Below are positions 6,529-16,430 of a stretch of DNA of 36,575 bases, in pieces. Under the pieces are notes generated by a model. That model searched no databases. It was not told where the DNA came from and saw only the letters and a list, made by a program, of their open reading frames with translations. Each line of letters begins with the position of its first letter. Position 1 is the stretch's first letter. Source of the stretch: Bacteroidota bacterium (GTDB lineage: Bacteria; Bacteroidota; Ignavibacteria; UBA10030; F1-140-MAGs086); the NCBI GenBank assembly GCA_005792205.1, contig SXSO01000138.1, forward strand, positions 1 to 36,575. Reading direction: 5' to 3'. Both the position numbers and the translations under genes were made by a program.

Positions 6529-9486
6529 TTATTTATTTTTTTCGTTTAAAATTTTTTGAATAAGAGTTGAACGAACTTCTTGAATTTTTTGATTTAATAT
6601 TTTATTTTCTTCAATATCAAAAAATTTTTTTCCATCAATCCAAGTTTGTTCGCAAATTGAATATGTGGAAAGTGGGTTTCCATTCCACACAACAAAATCA
6701 GCATCTTTCCCAATCTCTAATGAACCAACACGATTATCTATTTGAAGTTGTTTTGCGGGATTTATTGTTACAAAATTTAGTGCTTCTTCTTCTGAAAGAT
6801 TTCCATACTTCACTGCTTTTGCTGCTTCTGTATTTAATCTTCTCGCCATTTCATCACTATCAGAATTGAACGAAACCACAATTCCTTCATTATGCATCAT
6901 TGTTCCATTAAAAGGAATTGCATCAACAACTTCATATTTATATGCCCACCAATCAGAAAATGTAGACGCACCAACTTTATGATTTGCCATTTCTGTTGCA
7001 ACTTTATATCCTTCTAAAATATGTTGAAATGTTGCAATGCGAAAATTAAATTCTTCTGCAACTCTAATCATTGCTAAAATTTCATCTTGTCTATATGAAT
7101 GACAATGCACTAATCTTTTTCCATCTAAAATTTCTACAATTGCATCAAGTTCTAAATCACGACGAATTGGAAATTGTTTTTCACTACGATTTTGAAAAGA
7201 TAATTTGTAATCAATTGCTGCTTTAAACTCAGAACGAATCAATTCATTTACTCCCATTCTTGATTGCGGAAAATGATTTGAATTATTTTCTCCCCAATTG
7301 CTGTGTTTTGGATTTTCTCCGAGAGCAAATTTAATTCCCTCTTTTGCATTTTCAAATTTCATTTCATCAGGAAGAAAACCCCAACGAAGTTTTATCACTT
7401 GATTTTGTCCTCCAATTGAATTTGCAGAACCATGTAAAGCATTTATTGTTGTTACACCTCCTGCAAGTTCGCGATAAATTGAAATATCTTCTGAATCAAT
7501 TACATCTCCAATTCTAACTTCTGATGTTATGATTTGTCCCGTTTCATTCACGCTTCCACTTACAGCAGAATGCGAATGACAATCAATTAAACCACTTGTT
7601 ATGTGTTTTCCATTTGCTTCAATCACAAAAGAATTTTTTGGTTTGGAAAGATCTTTTCCAATTTCTTTTATTTTTCCTTTGTGAATTATTATGTCTCCAT
7701 TTTCAATTTTTCCAAGTAGAGATGAAGTCCAAATTGTCGCATCATTTATGAAAATGTATTCTACTTGTTCAGGAAATTTATCTTTTCCAAATGCTGTCAT
7801 TGGAAATGTGATTGGAAAAGACGTAAGCGAAATTTCAATTTCTTTTTTGGATGAGTCAAATTCTATTTTTGGTTCTGAAATTTTTTTTCCATTTAGAAAT
7901 AAAATTTTTCCATTTGGAAGTTGCAAAGTACCAAAGAAATTATTTTGAGAAAATGTTCCGTCAAGTAAAATTTTTCCTTTTACATCAATAGAATCACCAT
8001 CAAATGAAATTGATGAAAGCGTATTGTTTATTGATATTTTTGCTTTAATAGAATTTTGTATAGAATCGTTTTTTGAAATATTTGCAGAAAAATTTTCTTC
8101 TTTAAATTTTATTTCTATAAAAAAATTTTCCAACAACGTTTCATTTGAATTTAATTTCCAAATTCCACAAACAGATAAATTTTTTTCTTTTTCAATTTCA
8201 AATTCTTTTCCTTCAACCCAAACACTTAAAATTTTTCCATTTGAAAATATATTTCCATTTGATACAATTAGATTTGCAATTTTTCCTTTTTCAACCGTTC
8301 CCAAAATTTTTTCAACATTTAACATTTTTGCAGGAACTGTTGTAAGTGACGAGAGAGCAATATTTTCTGGAAGTCCTTTTTTAATTGCAAGTTTTAAATT
8401 TTTAAAAAAATCATTTTTTGAATTTTGTGATGTGAGAGAAAATTCAATTCCGTTTTGAAAAAATATTTTTGGATTTTCTGATGCATATTCCCAATGCAAA
8501 AGTTCAGAAACATCAATATCCAACGACTTTTCATAAGTATCAACATTTGGTGTTTTTGGAAAATTGAGTGGCAAAATAAATTGTGTTTTCAAATTTTTTA
8601 TTGCGTCAATTCTTTTATATTCATTTCCACTTCCCAATAAAATTAAATTCAAATTAAATTCATCAGCAATTTTTTTTGCACGAAAAACTTCTAAATGATT
8701 TGAAGTTTCAATCACAAACGGTTGTTTTTTTTGAATTACATTTTGAAGCGATTCTAAACTATTATTTATTTCAATTGGTTTTAGAGAATTTTTTTCAGAA
8801 AATAATTTTGCATCTTTATACCAAATTGCATCATAAAGTGTTTGTCGCAAAAGTGAGATTACTCCCATATTTGAATTTGGATAATTTTCTCCTTCAACAT
8901 TTTCAACTTTGAGTGTAGAGTGCATAAAAACATTTTCTCTAATCACTAAATTTGGAATTTCTGTTTCCTCATTTAAATTTAAAAGAGCACTTGTTCCTTT
9001 TATATTTCCTTTTTGCAAAATAAATAACGCAGAAGTAAATCCAAGTTTACGAAGTTCATTAAATTTATTTTCGTCTTTTGAAAATTCTTCCAAAACATTT
9101 TTGTGAGATAAAACTTTTTTGTTCCAATAAATCGCATTTGTAGAAGGTGATTGTTGTTGTTGCGGTGATTTATTTTTTTCTTTTTGCTCCACAATAGAAT
9201 ATGATTCAATAAATCCTGGATAAATTGTTTTGCCTTTTAAATCAATTACAAAAGCATCGTTTGGAATAGAAATATTTTCACCAACATTTTCAATTACGCC
9301 ATTGTGTATCAAAAGAATTCCATTTAAAATTGTTTTTGTTGGCGATTGCACAATAGTTGCATTTTTCAACGCAAATACAGTTGATTTATTTGTGCGAATT
9401 CCCTGTTGAGAATTTGTTTGAGAATTTATTTTATTTAGAAAAGTATTTCCAATTAAAAATAAAAAAAGAAAAAAAATTTTTTGCAT
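6529..9486 (-). CDS. Double-domain amidohydrolase-family protein, secreted
   Basis: Two amidohydrolase units: IYPGFIESYS..GTVEKGKIANLIV, and ITSGLIDCHSH..HCHSY..FQH..SDSDE..VGSLEIGKDADFVVW. Confidence 0.88.
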   Translation of the reverse strand: MQKIFFLFLFLIGNTFLNKINSQTNSQQGIRTNKSTVFALKNATIVQSPTKTILNGILLIHNGVIENVGENISIPNDAFVIDLKGKTIYPGFIESYSIVEQKEKNKSPQQQQSPSTNAIYWNKKVLSHKNVLEEFSKDENKFNELRKLGFTSALFILQKGNIKGTSALLNLNEETEIPNLVIRENVFMHSTLKVENVEGENYPNSNMGVISLLRQTLYDAIWYKDAKLFSEKNSLKPIEINNSLESLQNVIQKKQPFVIETSNHLEVFRAKKIADEFNLNLILLGSGNEYKRIDAIKNLKTQFILPLNFPKTPNVDTYEKSLDIDVSELLHWEYASENPKIFFQNGIEFSLTSQNSKNDFFKNLKLAIKKGLPENIALSSLTTVPAKMLNVEKILGTVEKGKIANLIVSNGNIFSNGKILSVWVEGKEFEIEKEKNLSVCGIWKLNSNETLLENFFIEIKFKEENFSANISKNDSIQNSIKAKISINNTLSSISFDGDSIDVKGKILLDGTFSQNNFFGTLQLPNGKILFLNGKKISEPKIEFDSSKKEIEISLTSFPITFPMTAFGKDKFPEQVEYIFINDATIWTSSLLGKIENGDIIIHKGKIKEIGKDLSKPKNSFVIEANGKHITSGLIDCHSHSAVSGSVNETGQIITSEVRIGDVIDSEDISIYRELAGGVTTINALHGSANSIGGQNQVIKLRWGFLPDEMKFENAKEGIKFALGENPKHSNWGENNSNHFPQSRMGVNELIRSEFKAAIDYKLSFQNRSEKQFPIRRDLELDAIVEILDGKRLVHCHSYRQDEILAMIRVAEEFNFRIATFQHILEGYKVATEMANHKVGASTFSDWWAYKYEVVDAIPFNGTMMHNEGIVVSFNSDSDEMARRLNTEAAKAVKYGNLSEEEALNFVTINPAKQLQIDNRVGSLEIGKDADFVVWNGNPLSTYSICEQTWIDGKKFFDIEENKILNQKIQEVRSTLIQKILNEKNK

Positions 9487-9594
9487 AGTAAAATGATTTT
9501 AAAAAAAGTTGCATAAGTTACAAAACTATTTTTTAAATACAAAGGATTTTAAAAAAAAATATAAATAAAAAAACATCAATAAAATCAGTATTAT

Positions 9595-9623
9595 TTGCAC
9601 ATTTAATTTTTTTTGAATATGTT
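9595..9623 (+). promoter_or_regulatory. Candidate sigma70 promoter for HU
   Basis: TTGCAC, 17 nt, TATGTT, ending about 33 nt before the ATG. Confidence 0.4.
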
Positions 9624-9656
9624 TAATCGCATTAATTAACACAATCAAAATAAATT

Positions 9657-9944
9657 ATGGCAAAAACCAAAGGTCAAGTTATCGCACATTTAGCAGAAAA
9701 AACTGCAACAACAAAAAAATTGGCAACAACTTTTCTTGATGAGTTTGTTGGACTTGCATATAAAGAAGCAAAGAATTCTTTCACAATTCCAGGTCTTGGA
9801 AAATTAGTTCTTGTAAATAGAAAAGCAAGAATGGGAAGAAATCCTGCAACTGGTGCAACAATAAAAATTCCTGCAAAAAAAGTTGTGAAGTTTCGTGTTG
9901 CAAAAGCATGTAAAGATGCTGTGCTTGGTGCAAAGAAAAAATAG
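9657..9944 (+). CDS. hup: HU family DNA-binding protein
   Basis: IPGLGKL..RKARMGRNPATGATIKIPAKKVVKF signature; 95 aa, basic. Confidence 0.95.
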   Translation: MAKTKGQVIAHLAEKTATTKKLATTFLDEFVGLAYKEAKNSFTIPGLGKLVLVNRKARMGRNPATGATIKIPAKKVVKFRVAKACKDAVLGAKKK

Positions 9945-9963
9945 TTTATACTGTTTTTTAAAT

Positions 9964-9994
9964 AAAAAGGTAAGTTGAAAAACTTACCTTTTTT
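9964..9994 (+). terminator. Rho-independent terminator after HU
   Basis: AAAAAGGTAAGTT-GAAA-AACTTACCTTTTT perfect stem with U-tract. Confidence 0.9.
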
Positions 9995-10157
9995 ATTTTA
10001 TAGAACACTCATTTTAGTGCCATATTTATTGACTGAAATTATGATTTGTATCATATGAATGGAGTGGAAAGTTTTTCCGTTCTGATATGTTTTTTATAGA
10101 AATTTATTATATAATACAAAGAAATTTCACTCAATAGATTTGGTGTTTTTTCGAAAC

Positions 10158-10320
10158 AAAATGACTTCATTTTCGTCTCGGTGAAGCGTTTTTTGACCGA
10201 TTTGATTACACTTTCCCGAAAATAGAGTGTATTTTTACGAAAACACTATCGTTTCGGTCAAAAGTAAACCATTCCGACGAGGAAAAACACTCTTCTTGTG
10301 TCACAAAACACTCCGAAATT
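10158..10320 (-). repeat. Intergenic modular repeat, copy R3 (inverted relative to R2)
   Basis: Reverse complement of about 4674-4830 with 5 mismatches by eye. Further family fragments lie at 10027-10039, 10068-10082 and 10124-10136. Confidence 0.92.
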
Positions 10321-10475
10321 TTCAAAATAAACCCCAAAAAATCATCAATAATTACAGTGCTTTACGAGACAACGTCAACTCAATCAATTTTACAAAATAA
10401 AATTTAATTTCATAAAAAATATTTTGCAAACAAATTTTATCTCTTCGTATATTTTAGAAAAAAAATTATAAATTT

Positions 10476-10904
10476 ATGGCAACCAAAAAAGCATTTCTCA
10501 AACAATTAAGAGGCACAACTTTAATTGCAAAATCAGATTCAAATCATTGGGTTGTAATGGACGGAAGTGAAACATTTGGCGGAAGTAATTCGGGAAGTTC
10601 TCCAAAAGAACTTTTATTTATGGCACTTGGTGGATGTACTGCAATGGATGTGATTCCAATTTTTAAAAAAAAGAAAATTGATTTGAAAGGATTTGAAATA
10701 AACTTAACCGGAAATGTGAGAGAAGAGCATCCGCAAATTTTTACCGATATAAATATTGAATATATTTTTTACGGAAAAAAAATAAGTGAAGACGATGTAA
10801 AAAAAGCAATTGAACTTTCAACAACAAAATATTGTTCAATATCTGCAATGCTAAAAGCGACTATAAATATTACACATTCGTATAAAATTGTAGATGAAGA
10901 ATAA
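10476..10904 (+). CDS. OsmC/YhfA family protein
   Basis: SPKELLFMALGGCTAMDV and KYCSISAML, the two conserved cysteines. Confidence 0.9.
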   Translation: MATKKAFLKQLRGTTLIAKSDSNHWVVMDGSETFGGSNSGSSPKELLFMALGGCTAMDVIPIFKKKKIDLKGFEINLTGNVREEHPQIFTDINIEYIFYGKKISEDDVKKAIELSTTKYCSISAMLKATINITHSYKIVDEE

Positions 10905-10907
10905 AAA

Positions 10908-11693
10908 TTACAGTTCGTAAAAATTTTTTTTTCTATCAAAAAATAAATCATTGAGTTCATTTATTTTTTTATTTTCTGCTTGACGTAAATCAATTTCAAC
11001 AGTTGCAATTTCAGGAAATTCATTTCCCAAACGACATAAAATATTTCCGTTCGGTGAAACAATTTCACTCAATCCAATAAATGTAAAATTGTTTTCTCCT
11101 CTAAATTCTTTTCCAACACGATTTGCGGTTGCGCTAAAAATTTTATTTTCCAAACATCTTGTAATCATTGCGTTTGGACAATATTCCATCACCAAATTTG
11201 AAGGATGTAAAATTAAGTTTGCCCCTTTCAATGCAAGTGTTCTTGCACTTTCAGGAAAATACCAATCAAAGCAAATCATCATTCCAATTTTTCCAAATTC
11301 AGTTTCAAAAATTGGAAATCCTAAATTTCCAAATTCAAAAAAAATCTTTTCTTTGTAAAACAAATGCACTTTTCTATAATGCCCAACAATTCCATTTTTA
11401 TTTACAATCAATGATGAATTGAAAAATTTTCCATTTTCATTTTCAGCAAATCCATAACACACATAACAATTTTTCTTTTTTGCAAATTCAAAAATTTTTT
11501 GATATGTAAAACCAAAAATATTTTCGGAAAGTTTTTCAACTTCTGTTTTATCAATAAAATTATAACCCGTTGAAAAAAGTTCCGGCAACACAAAAAAATC
11601 TGATGATATAGAACTCATTAATTCTATTGCATCAATTATATTTTTTTTTATTTCACCAAATTCTGGATTTGTTTGAACAACGGATAATTTCAT
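10908..11693 (-). CDS. Nitrilase-related carbon-nitrogen hydrolase
   Basis: E-K-C triad: VLPELF, YRKVHLF, GMMICFDWYFPE. Confidence 0.92.
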   Translation of the reverse strand: MKLSVVQTNPEFGEIKKNIIDAIELMSSISSDFFVLPELFSTGYNFIDKTEVEKLSENIFGFTYQKIFEFAKKKNCYVCYGFAENENGKFFNSSLIVNKNGIVGHYRKVHLFYKEKIFFEFGNLGFPIFETEFGKIGMMICFDWYFPESARTLALKGANLILHPSNLVMEYCPNAMITRCLENKIFSATANRVGKEFRGENNFTFIGLSEIVSPNGNILCRLGNEFPEIATVEIDLRQAENKKINELNDLFFDRKKNFYEL

Positions 11694-11796
11694 TATACTA
11701 AAACATTTTTGAAAATATATTTAATTTAAATCAAATTTAGTTTTTTTTAAAAAATATATCTTTAAAATTATTTTTTGTATTTTTAAAAAGTTATTT

Positions 11797-12084
11797 ATGT
11801 TAAGTTATTGTTTTGTAAAAATTATTGGAAGAGTTCAAGGTGTTGGATTTAGATATTTTATTTTTCAAAACGCAAAGCGATTAAATTTATTGGGAACAGT
11901 TCGAAATCATATTGATGGAAGCGTAGAAATTGAAGTTGAAGGTAAAAAAAATAATATTGAAATACTTTTAGAGAAAATTAAAATTGGTCCAATAGAAAGT
12001 TACATAGAAGAAGTTCAAGTTGAATGGAAAAATTATCACAACGGATATGACGGTTTTAAAATAATTAAAACAACAAAAAAATAG
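11797..12084 (+). CDS. acyP: Acylphosphatase
   Basis: GRVQGVGFR and GTVRNHIDGSVE signatures. Confidence 0.93.
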   Translation: MLSYCFVKIIGRVQGVGFRYFIFQNAKRLNLLGTVRNHIDGSVEIEVEGKKNNIEILLEKIKIGPIESYIEEVQVEWKNYHNGYDGFKIIKTTKK

Positions 12085-12085
12085 A

Positions 12086-12568
12086 ATGAGTTATAGAGTT
12101 GGAACGGGAAGCGATATTCATAAATTAACTATTGGAAAAAAAATGTTTCTTGGTGGAGTTGAAATTCTACACAAAAAAGGATTTGAAGGTCATTCTGATG
12201 CAGATATTTTGCTTCATTCAATTTGCGATGCTTTGCTTGGAGCTAGTTCGCTTGGAGATATTGGAAAACATTTTCCAAACACCGATAAAAAATATAAAGA
12301 CATTTCTAGTTTGGTTTTATTGAGTGAAGTAAATAAAAAGATTTTGAAAAAAAAATATAAAATCATAAACATTGATTCTACAATACTTTTAGAAAAACCA
12401 AAAATTCAAAATTATATTCCACAAATGCAAAAAAATATTTCCTCTGTTTTAAACATTTTGATTGAACAAATTTCCATCAAAGCAACAACAACTGAACAGC
12501 TTGGATTTGTTGGAAAAGAAGAAGGGGCAATTGCAACATCTGTAGTACTTTTAAAAAAAATAAAATGA
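12086..12568 (+). CDS. ispF: 2-C-methyl-D-erythritol 2,4-cyclodiphosphate synthase
   Basis: RVGTGSDIH, GHSDADILLHSICDALLGA, GDIGKHFP, KATTTEQLGFVGKEEG. Confidence 0.97.
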   Translation: MSYRVGTGSDIHKLTIGKKMFLGGVEILHKKGFEGHSDADILLHSICDALLGASSLGDIGKHFPNTDKKYKDISSLVLLSEVNKKILKKKYKIINIDSTILLEKPKIQNYIPQMQKNISSVLNILIEQISIKATTTEQLGFVGKEEGAIATSVVLLKKIK

Positions 12569-13296
12569 AAAAAATTTTTATTTTAAGTTTTGTTCTTGTT
12601 TTATTTTTTTCTTCTTTTTCACAACACAAAACTCTCACTGAAAAAAAAGATACAACAAAAGTTGAAATTTATATTCAAGAAATCTTGGATTGGTTAGAGC
12701 ATCAAGATGAGGTTTGGATATATGTTATAATTTCATTTTTTGCTTTTGTAGAAAATATTTTTCCACCGTCTCCAAGTGATGTGATTGTGGTATTTGGTGG
12801 CTTTTTAAGTGGAACGGGAAAAATTTCAAATTGGGCATTAATTTTTTTTACAACAATTGGAAGCACAATTGGATTTGTGTTAGCATATTATATTGGGTTT
12901 AAAAGTGCTTCAAGAAAATTTTCCAACTTCAAAAAAAAATTTATTTCACCTGCTTCAATGAGAAAAGTTGATTCTTGGTTTACAAAATATGGTTACGCTT
13001 TGATTGTGATAAATAGATTTCTTCCAGGAACAAGAGCTGTTGTTTCATTTTTTGCGGGAATGATGAAACTTGATTTGCGAAAGACAACTGCTCTTTGTTT
13101 TATCAGTGCATTTTTTTGGAATTTATTTTTAATTGATTTAGGAAAATCTCTTGGAAAAAATTGGAAGATTGCGTTGGATTATATTTCCACATTTAATAAT
13201 GTAATGTGGATAGTAATAGTTTTTGTTGTGATTTTGGTGTTTCTTTTCATATTGCTTAAACGTCATAAAAGTAAACGGTTGAAAAAAAATGTTTGA
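12565..13296 (+). CDS. DedA family membrane protein with N-terminal extension
   Basis: FVENIFPPSPSDVIVVFGG and INRFLPGTR DedA motifs. Confidence 0.92.
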   Translation: MKKIFILSFVLVLFFSSFSQHKTLTEKKDTTKVEIYIQEILDWLEHQDEVWIYVIISFFAFVENIFPPSPSDVIVVFGGFLSGTGKISNWALIFFTTIGSTIGFVLAYYIGFKSASRKFSNFKKKFISPASMRKVDSWFTKYGYALIVINRFLPGTRAVVSFFAGMMKLDLRKTTALCFISAFFWNLFLIDLGKSLGKNWKIALDYISTFNNVMWIVIVFVVILVFLFILLKRHKSKRLKKNV

Positions 13297-13849
13297 AAAA
13301 TTTTTGGAGGTTGATAAAATAATTTTCAAATTTTTTAATCAACAGTTTACAAATTCGTTTTTTGATTTTTTGATGCCATTTATCACCGATATAAATAAAA
13401 GTAAAATTTTTATTTTTTTAATTTCACTTTTTGTAACATTTGTTTTTTGGAAAGGAGATAGACGAACAAGAACTATAATTTTGTTTTTAATTCCAACCGT
13501 TATTTTTTCTGATCAAATAAATAATTTTATTAAACAAAGTTTTGAGCGACTGCGTCCATGTAATGATATTTCTTTCAAAGAAAATGTGCGACTTCTTGTA
13601 AGTTGCGGAAGCGGATATTCTTTTCCCTCATCGCATGCAGTAAATAACTTTGCAGGAGCAAAATTTTTAAGCAATTTTTTCCCCAATAAAAAATTTATTT
13701 TTTATACAATTGCATTTGTAATGGCATATTCACGTGTTTATGTTGGAGTTCATTTTCCAAGTGATGTAATTGTTGGAAGTTTATCTGGTATTGCAATTGG
13801 AATTTTATTTTCTTTTCTTACAAAAAAAATTATATTCAAAGAAAAGTGA
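13289..13849 (+). CDS. PAP2 family phosphatase (possible undecaprenyl-PP or lipid phosphatase)
   Basis: K..FERLRP, SFPSSHA, SRVYVGVHFPSDV. Confidence 0.93.
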   Translation: MFEKFLEVDKIIFKFFNQQFTNSFFDFLMPFITDINKSKIFIFLISLFVTFVFWKGDRRTRTIILFLIPTVIFSDQINNFIKQSFERLRPCNDISFKENVRLLVSCGSGYSFPSSHAVNNFAGAKFLSNFFPNKKFIFYTIAFVMAYSRVYVGVHFPSDVIVGSLSGIAIGILFSFLTKKIIFKEK

Positions 13850-15399
13850 AAAAAAGTTTTTCTCTTATAATTTCTGGAATTTTATTTGGAATTTCTTTTC
13901 CACCAGATTCAATTGGAGCAATTGCATTTTTTTCATTTACTCTATTTTTATTTGTAATTAAAAAAGAAAAAAATTATTTTTCAGCAGTTAGAAGTTTTTA
14001 TATATTTTTTCTTATTGCAAATCTTATTGCACTTTATTGGATTAGTGGTTTTACACATTTGAAAGATGGATATTTGGTATTAGCTGGAATTTTAACAATT
14101 GTTGTTCATCCATTTTTTTTTCTTCCAGCAATTTTACTTTTCACATTTTTTAGAAACCAATTAGGTGAAACAATTGCTATGAGTTTATTTCCATTTCTTT
14201 GGACTTCATATGAATGGTTTCGCTCTTACACAGAATTTGCGTTTCCATGGCTTACAGTTGGAAACACACAAACATACGATTTACAATTTATTCAGATTAG
14301 TTCTGTTTTTGGTGTTTATGGAATTTCATTTTTAGTTTTATTGATAAATGTTTTATTTGTGTTTTTATATGAGTTTAAAGATGAAAGTAAAATAAAATCA
14401 ATTTCGATTGCTTTGGGAATTTTACTTTTGTATTTTATTCCAAAAATTTATGGAAATTATATTTTAGAAAATCAAAAAATTTCTGAAACGGAAAAAATTT
14501 CTGTTGCAATTATTCAACCAAATATAGATCCGTTTGACAAATGGACAAATAGCGTTGAAAAACAAATTACAGTTTTGAAAGAGATGTCAAACATTACAAA
14601 TATATTTAATCCTGATTTGATTGTATTTCCAGAAACTGCAATTCCAAAATATCTAAATTTAGAAGAAAATTATTTAGGAAATGAAAAAATATATTCTGAA
14701 CTCAATTCAATAGGAAAACCAATTTTAACTGGAGTTCCATTTTTTAAATATGTTTCAGAAAATACTTTTGGAGCAAAACAAATTTCAAATACAAATAGTT
14801 TTTATCAAGCGTTCAACTCTTCAATGCTTTTTTTTCCCAATAAAAAAAAATTTTATACATATTCTAAAATGCAACTTGTTCCATTTGCTGAACATGTTCC
14901 GTATTCACAAAATTTTTCTTTTCTTAAAAATTTTGGTTGGGGATTTGGAATAAGCGATTGGAATGTTGGAGATAAATACACAGTTTTCAAAATTCAAAAC
15001 ACGAAATTTGCAAATATAATTTGTTTTGAATCAGTATTTCCGCATCATTTTACAAAGTTTGATGGTGCTGAATTTTTTACAATAATTACAAACGACAGTT
15101 GGTGGGGAAATACAAGTGGTGCAATTCAACATTATCGTTTTGCAATTTTAAGAGCAATTGAAAATAGAAAATGGATTGTTCGTTCAGCAAATGGTGGAAT
15201 TTCTTGTTTCATAGATCCATTTGGGAATGTTCATAAACCAACTCAATATGACACAAAAAAAATAATTTTTCAAAATATTTTTCCAAATAGTGAAAAAACT
15301 TTTTATGCAAATCATATAGATTGGTTTCCGATTTTTTCTACAATTTTTTTATCTTTTGCTTTCGTGTTTTCAATCATAAAAAAAATTAATGTGAAATGA
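13846..15399 (+). CDS. lnt: Apolipoprotein N-acyltransferase
   Basis: Transmembrane N-terminal half with FPWLTVG; IIQPNI, VFPETA, YSKMQLVPFAE, ICFES, ITNDSWWG, RAIENRKWIVRSANGGIS. GTG start. Confidence 0.95.
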   Translation: MKKSFSLIISGILFGISFPPDSIGAIAFFSFTLFLFVIKKEKNYFSAVRSFYIFFLIANLIALYWISGFTHLKDGYLVLAGILTIVVHPFFFLPAILLFTFFRNQLGETIAMSLFPFLWTSYEWFRSYTEFAFPWLTVGNTQTYDLQFIQISSVFGVYGISFLVLLINVLFVFLYEFKDESKIKSISIALGILLLYFIPKIYGNYILENQKISETEKISVAIIQPNIDPFDKWTNSVEKQITVLKEMSNITNIFNPDLIVFPETAIPKYLNLEENYLGNEKIYSELNSIGKPILTGVPFFKYVSENTFGAKQISNTNSFYQAFNSSMLFFPNKKKFYTYSKMQLVPFAEHVPYSQNFSFLKNFGWGFGISDWNVGDKYTVFKIQNTKFANIICFESVFPHHFTKFDGAEFFTIITNDSWWGNTSGAIQHYRFAILRAIENRKWIVRSANGGISCFIDPFGNVHKPTQYDTKKIIFQNIFPNSEKTFYANHIDWFPIFSTIFLSFAFVFSIIKKINVK

Positions 15400-16430
15400 A
15401 AAAATTTATTGATTTAAGAAGTGATACTGTCACAAAACCATCTCAACAAATGAGAGAAGCGATGATGTTAGCAGAAGTTGGAGACGATGTTTTTGGAGAA
15501 GATACAGCAACAAATTTATTGCAAGAAAAAATGGCAAAAATGTTGGGAAAAGAAAAATCTCTTTTTGTTCCATCTGGTTCAATGAGCAATCAAATTTGTA
15601 TCAAAGTTCATACTGAAATTGGAGACGAAATAATTTGTGAAGAAGGGTCTCACATTTTCAATTACGAAGTTGCAGCGCCAACAGTTTTATCATCTGTGCA
15701 AGTGAAAACAATAAAAGGAGTTGGTGGAGTTTTTACTTTGGAAGAAATTAAAAAACATATTCGTCCAAAAGTATATTATATGCCAACAACAAAATTAATT
15801 GAAATTGAAAACACACACAATAGAGCAGGAGGAACAATTTTTCCAATTGATGAGATTAAAAAAATTTCTGAGTTTGTAAAATCAGAAAATATAAAAATAC
15901 ATTTAGATGGTGCGCGACTTTGGAACGCATCTATTGAAACGGGAATTAGTTTGAAAGAATATGCAAGTTATTTTGATTCGGTTTCTGTATGTTTTTCAAA
16001 AGGATTAGGAGCTCCTGTTGGTTCGCTTCTTGCGGGGAGTTTTGAGTTTATGGAGAAAGCAAAAAAAATCAGAAAACTTTTTGGAGGAGGAATGAGACAA
16101 TGTGGAATTATTGCTGCTGCTGCAATGTATGCAGTTGAAAATAATTTTGAACGATTAAAAGAAGATCATAAAAAAGCAAAATTTTTTGCAGAAGAAATTT
16201 CAAAATTAAATTCACTTCACATTGATTTAGAAAGCGTGCAAACAAATATTGTTTTAATTGAATTTGAAAAAACAAAAAAATCACAAGTTGAAATTTTAAA
16301 TCTTCTAAAAGAAAATAAAATTCTTTTAACTTCTGGAAACTATAATAGCCTTCGTGCAGTTTTTCATCTTGATGTTGATATGGAAGAAGTAAAAAAGGGA
16401 ATTGAAATTTTTAAAATGTTATTTGAATGA
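15396..16430 (+). CDS. ltaE: Low-specificity L-threonine aldolase
   Basis: IDLRSDTVTKP, VGDDVFGED, ENTHN, HLDGAR, CFSKGLGAPVG. Confidence 0.95.
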   Translation: MKKFIDLRSDTVTKPSQQMREAMMLAEVGDDVFGEDTATNLLQEKMAKMLGKEKSLFVPSGSMSNQICIKVHTEIGDEIICEEGSHIFNYEVAAPTVLSSVQVKTIKGVGGVFTLEEIKKHIRPKVYYMPTTKLIEIENTHNRAGGTIFPIDEIKKISEFVKSENIKIHLDGARLWNASIETGISLKEYASYFDSVSVCFSKGLGAPVGSLLAGSFEFMEKAKKIRKLFGGGMRQCGIIAAAAMYAVENNFERLKEDHKKAKFFAEEISKLNSLHIDLESVQTNIVLIEFEKTKKSQVEILNLLKENKILLTSGNYNSLRAVFHLDVDMEEVKKGIEIFKMLFE

